Assembly: GCA_964590575.1 (NCBI GenBank)
Contig: CAZPWM010000059.1
Coordinates: forward strand, 1-19,657
Source of the DNA: an uncultured archaeon
GTDB taxonomy: Archaea > Asgardarchaeota > Thorarchaeia > Thorarchaeales > Thorarchaeaceae
Length of the DNA stretch: 19,657 bases
Direction of reading: 5' to 3'
The translations under genes were made by a program, and so were the position numbers. Below the pieces are notes generated by a model. It was not told where the DNA came from, searched no databases, and worked only from the letters and a program-made list of their open reading frames with translations. This document shows positions 16,575 through 19,657 of this stretch, one piece after another; position 1 is the first letter of the stretch, and every line of letters begins with the position of its first letter.

Positions 16575-17585
16575 TTACCACCATTTCAAAACAGCTGCTG
16601 CCATGTTGAAACCGCCTCCTGAAGAACAGAGTGCAATGTTTTCGCCATTCCCTTCTCCAGGCGGTGGAAGTTTTCCTTGGTCAATAGCATCATACATTGC
16701 TAGTGCAATACAAGCTGAACCGGTGTACCCCCATTTATCCATGACATTATGAGTCTTCTCAAGCGGCAAGCCTAGTTCCTTCATAACCGCCTCAATTGTA
16801 CGTAAGTTAACCTGAGTAAAAAAGATCCAGTCAATATCCTCGATGGTCATATTCGCTTTTTCTATGCACTCTCTTGTTAGGATTGGCCAATGCTGGAGAT
16901 TCGTGTCTGCAGGAAATCGCTTTCGGAAAGATAAATGATGTCTATTATTCTGAATTGCTTCAATTGTGGGTGGTTCTGCTGTTCCTCCCACGAAGACTCC
17001 TAAATGGTCATGAAAGGACCCATCAGCAATTAACTTTGAAGCAATGAATCCCTCTCTGTCATCACTAGCTTGCAGAATCATTGCTCCTGCTGCATCAGCA
17101 AATAATGTACAAGTATAGTGGTCGGTCCAATCCACGAATTTAGTCATGCCATATGCACCAATTACTAAAACAGAATTAATGTCTGGATCTGTTCTGATAT
17201 ATCGAGTCGCAATGTCTAGAGAAGTAACCAAACCTGCGCAAGCGCAATTGACATCAAATGTGCCAGCATTTTTAGCACCAATTTTATGTTGAACCACTAC
17301 TGAGGTTGCTGGAGAAATATAGTCTGGTGTGTCGGTACTCAAAATGATCAGGTCGAGATCGTTGGCCTTCAATCCTGCATTTTCCAACGCTTCACGACTT
17401 GCATTTGCTGCAAGGTCAGATGTCACTTCATCTTCGGCCATGACATGACGCTGTCTGATACCTACATTCTTTATCAACCAATCAGCTGTCCCAGGGCGGT
17501 TAAGCATCTGTTCAATGTCTTCATTTGTCAACATCTTCTCGGGAATGTATATCCCCAAACCTGTAATCACAGCTGAGCGAACCAT
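16575..17585 (-). CDS. 3-oxoacyl-ACP synthase III (FabH)-like thiolase-fold enzyme with a non-canonical active site
   Basis: 'GIRQRH', 'TDTPDYISPATS', 'FDVNCACAG' (Cys), 'LFADAAGA', 'SSGGG'. The His position reads 'FTQVN' and the Asn position reads 'GYTGSA'. ATG at 17585 after GAGGT. Confidence 0.92.
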   Translation of the reverse strand: MVRSAVITGLGIYIPEKMLTNEDIEQMLNRPGTADWLIKNVGIRQRHVMAEDEVTSDLAANASREALENAGLKANDLDLIILSTDTPDYISPATSVVVQHKIGAKNAGTFDVNCACAGLVTSLDIATRYIRTDPDINSVLVIGAYGMTKFVDWTDHYTCTLFADAAGAMILQASDDREGFIASKLIADGSFHDHLGVFVGGTAEPPTIEAIQNNRHHLSFRKRFPADTNLQHWPILTRECIEKANMTIEDIDWIFFTQVNLRTIEAVMKELGLPLEKTHNVMDKWGYTGSACIALAMYDAIDQGKLPPPGEGNGENIALCSSGGGFNMAAAVLKWW

Positions 17586-17667
17586 ATTCAACCTCTCATG
17601 AGTTTTCTCCTCAGATCCAACACTCTCTTTCCTGCCAAATCATCTTCTTATTTGGCTTAGGAATCAG

Positions 17668-18486
17668 TCATCCCTTTTCTACTTCATCTATAAAATTCAT
17701 TACCTCATTATTGAACTCCTCATACTTTTCGATAATGACAAAATGCGATGCATCCTTTATAATCTTCAACTTCGAATTGGGTATGCGCTCAGCTAGCAGC
17801 TCTCCATTCTTCGTCGGTACTGCACGATCATTAGCTCCGTGGAGAATAAGTGTTGGCGCAGTTATCTTATTCAATTCTGATTCGGAATTAAATTCACTTG
17901 TTGCGGAGCTCTGATGCACCTGAGCAAATAACGGTGTGGGGTGCTTTTCTGCCCATACATCTATCTGCTCTAGTAAGGATCTATTGTCTTTGAGGAATTC
18001 AGGACTGAAGGTAGCTCTATAACGCATCTCCCTTGCTTGCTCTACTGAGATTGTTTCTGTAGGCAGGGCAATTAGTAAAGCCATTGTTTTATCATCCATG
18101 GGGATATAATTATGTCCTCCAAAGTGAGTAGATGAAAGAATCAAACTTCGAACTTTTTCAGGATAGGAAATGGCAATCTGCTGAGCAATCAATCCCCCCA
18201 TTGAGATTCCTAAAATATGTGCGTCCTTGATGTTCAACGCTTCCATCAGACCAACCGTATCGGCAGCCATCATCTCTATTCTGTATGGATAGTCTGGTTT
18301 GGAACTTTTTCCAGCTCCACGATTATCAAACACTACACATCTGTATTTTTCCTTAAATGTGGGTACTTGCCGAAACCAAATCCAGCGGTAGCTAGCCCAT
18401 CCTCCAATGAGCACAAGAGGCGGAGCGTCATGTGCTCCATGAATCTCATAATAGATGTCAATGTCTCCTACAGTCGCGTATGGCAA
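17668..18486 (-). CDS. Alpha/beta-fold hydrolase (second paralogue)
   Basis: TTG start 1 nt after the permease stop, giving an N-terminus that matches the other hydrolase. 'FDNRGAGKS', GISMGG, 'HGAND', 'ASHFVIIE'. Confidence 0.92.
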   Translation of the reverse strand: MPYATVGDIDIYYEIHGAHDAPPLVLIGGWASYRWIWFRQVPTFKEKYRCVVFDNRGAGKSSKPDYPYRIEMMAADTVGLMEALNIKDAHILGISMGGLIAQQIAISYPEKVRSLILSSTHFGGHNYIPMDDKTMALLIALPTETISVEQAREMRYRATFSPEFLKDNRSLLEQIDVWAEKHPTPLFAQVHQSSATSEFNSESELNKITAPTLILHGANDRAVPTKNGELLAERIPNSKLKIIKDASHFVIIEKYEEFNNEVMNFIDEVEKG

Positions 18487-18487
18487 T

Positions 18488-19657
18488 TCAATCACTTCCT
18501 TCTGATGTTCTTGATGCAAGACTTCCTAATCTCGATCTCAACCTTCTACCGAAAGTTTTCAATCGTGATGTAATCCCCCATCTGAAGATGTATATTAGGC
18601 TTAAACCAATCACGCCTAGATATCCAAATATCGCGATAATAATAGGGAGAAATCTAATGTCTTCCGTAAAGAGTAGGAAAACGCCCATTGCACCTAGTAG
18701 CCCAAATACCCAGTAGTCCGCATCCTTAAGTCCAAACTCAATTTTTCTTATATTTAGGCGTTGTAGTTTTCCTTTCAGAGAATCGAATTTCCTACCAATC
18801 GAACCCACGATACCAAGAGGCAAGAATAGGACAATGATTATGTACATCACTCCAAGTCCGACCAACCAAAACCTTCCATCCAAGTGTAGCACTGATGTTA
18901 TGAAATCCACTAGATTTAACTCAGAATACGCCACTAATCCCGTTCCTAGCAATGGACCAAATAAGGTACCTATTCCTCCGATGATGGTGAATAACATTGC
19001 ATCAATTGTCCCATTAACTCCCAGAACTTTGTCAGGACCTATAGTTCTTATAAAAACCGTATATAATGCTCCCGAAAGCCCAGCAATTGCCCCACTTATA
19101 ACAAGCACAACCGTCTTTGCACGAAAACTGTTGTAGCCCAAAGCTTCAGCCCGTTCTTCATTCTGAGCCACAGCAGTAATCATTCTCCCAAAGGGAGAAA
19201 CAATTAGTCGTCTTACGAAAACATAGATTATCACGAGACAGGTCAATACTAGATAGTATTGCACTGGAATAGTATAGTAAAAAGTGGAGGAATCTTCAAT
19301 CCATAGTAAAACCATTTGGATTATGTTTCCTCCTACTGCTACAACCAAACCAAAAAGAGAAATTACAATGATGATTGCTGCTAATAATTTGGTAGGTAGT
19401 AATTTAGGTGGTTTTCCGTCGCCGGTGTCTGTATTGTCCTCAGAGTATCGAAGAGGGTCACTGATCGATTCACCTCGTTCAATCCAAAAGAAGAGAATCA
19501 TTAGCAGAAAGGCAAAAAACACCAATACAGATCCGAGAATATTTGTTCCTAATATTAATAGGACAACCATATAGGCAACCATAACTGGAGTGACCAAGAA
19601 TAGACCAAGAGTTTCTGTCCGTTTTTTCAAGTAAAGGATGACCATTCCAATAAAAGC
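18488..19657 (-). CDS. livM: Branched-chain-amino-acid-type ABC transporter permease (LivM-like), 5'-truncated by the window edge
   Basis: 'SPFGRMITAVAQNEERAEALGYN', 'ISGAIAGLSGALY', 'IIGGIGTLFGPLLG', 'VLFLPLGIVG'. Frame is open to base 19657. Confidence 0.9.
   Translation of the reverse strand, partial: AFIGMVILYLKKRTETLGLFLVTPVMVAYMVVLLILGTNILGSVLVFFAFLLMILFFWIERGESISDPLRYSEDNTDTGDGKPPKLLPTKLLAAIIIVISLFGLVVAVGGNIIQMVLLWIEDSSTFYYTIPVQYYLVLTCLVIIYVFVRRLIVSPFGRMITAVAQNEERAEALGYNSFRAKTVVLVISGAIAGLSGALYTVFIRTIGPDKVLGVNGTIDAMLFTIIGGIGTLFGPLLGTGLVAYSELNLVDFITSVLHLDGRFWLVGLGVMYIIIVLFLPLGIVGSIGRKFDSLKGKLQRLNIRKIEFGLKDADYWVFGLLGAMGVFLLFTEDIRFLPIIIAIFGYLGVIGLSLIYIFRWGITSRLKTFGRRLRSRLGSLASRTSEGSD

Noticed and set aside
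18487-18519. ATG start at 18519 for the second hydrolase
   Set aside because: It overlaps the permease. The TTG at 18486 aligns with the paralogue's N-terminus and has a purine-rich RBS.
417-19574. Remaining short alternative-frame or antisense ORFs in the ORF track
   Set aside because: All lie mostly within well-supported genes and show no recognisable motifs.
1-19657. CRISPR array, tRNA/rRNA, transposase/integrase, SECIS or defence genes
   Set aside because: I saw no regularly spaced repeats, cloverleaf, recombinase motifs or in-frame TGA-interrupted genes. Intergenic gaps are all under about 250 bp.

Overview
AT-rich (roughly 40% GC by eye), densely coding archaeal window. An Asgard (Thorarchaeia-like) origin is inferred, not proven, from archaeal TATA boxes, GGAGG/GAGGT ribosome-binding sites, archaeal-type kinases, an output-less receiver protein and C-terminally anchored surface proteins. 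It has three blocks. (1) 1-3237 holds housekeeping-type genes: an EamA/DMT transporter, a signal-less HtrA protease, an ICMT-family methyltransferase and a DUF362 protein. (2) 3241-9994 is a signalling island: a 4-PAS soluble His kinase divergent from a ~16-TM membrane His kinase, a wHTH regulator and a REC-GAF-PAS protein. It is followed by a large surface glycoprotein with three tandem jelly-roll/CBM-like repeats. (3) 12523-19657 is a minus-strand uptake/acyl-metabolism operon: LivM-type permease, alpha/beta hydrolase, FabH-like enzyme, acyl-CoA ligase, a second hydrolase and a LivK-type binding protein. The best candidate for an undescribed system is block 3. Its KAS III homologue keeps the catalytic Cys but has lost both the His and the Asn used for decarboxylative condensation (TQVN and GYTGSA). 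Its binding protein has a PGF-CTERM-like anchor and its own promoter with a two-hairpin leader and a repeated palindromic motif. I saw no rRNA, tRNA, CRISPR array or mobile element.
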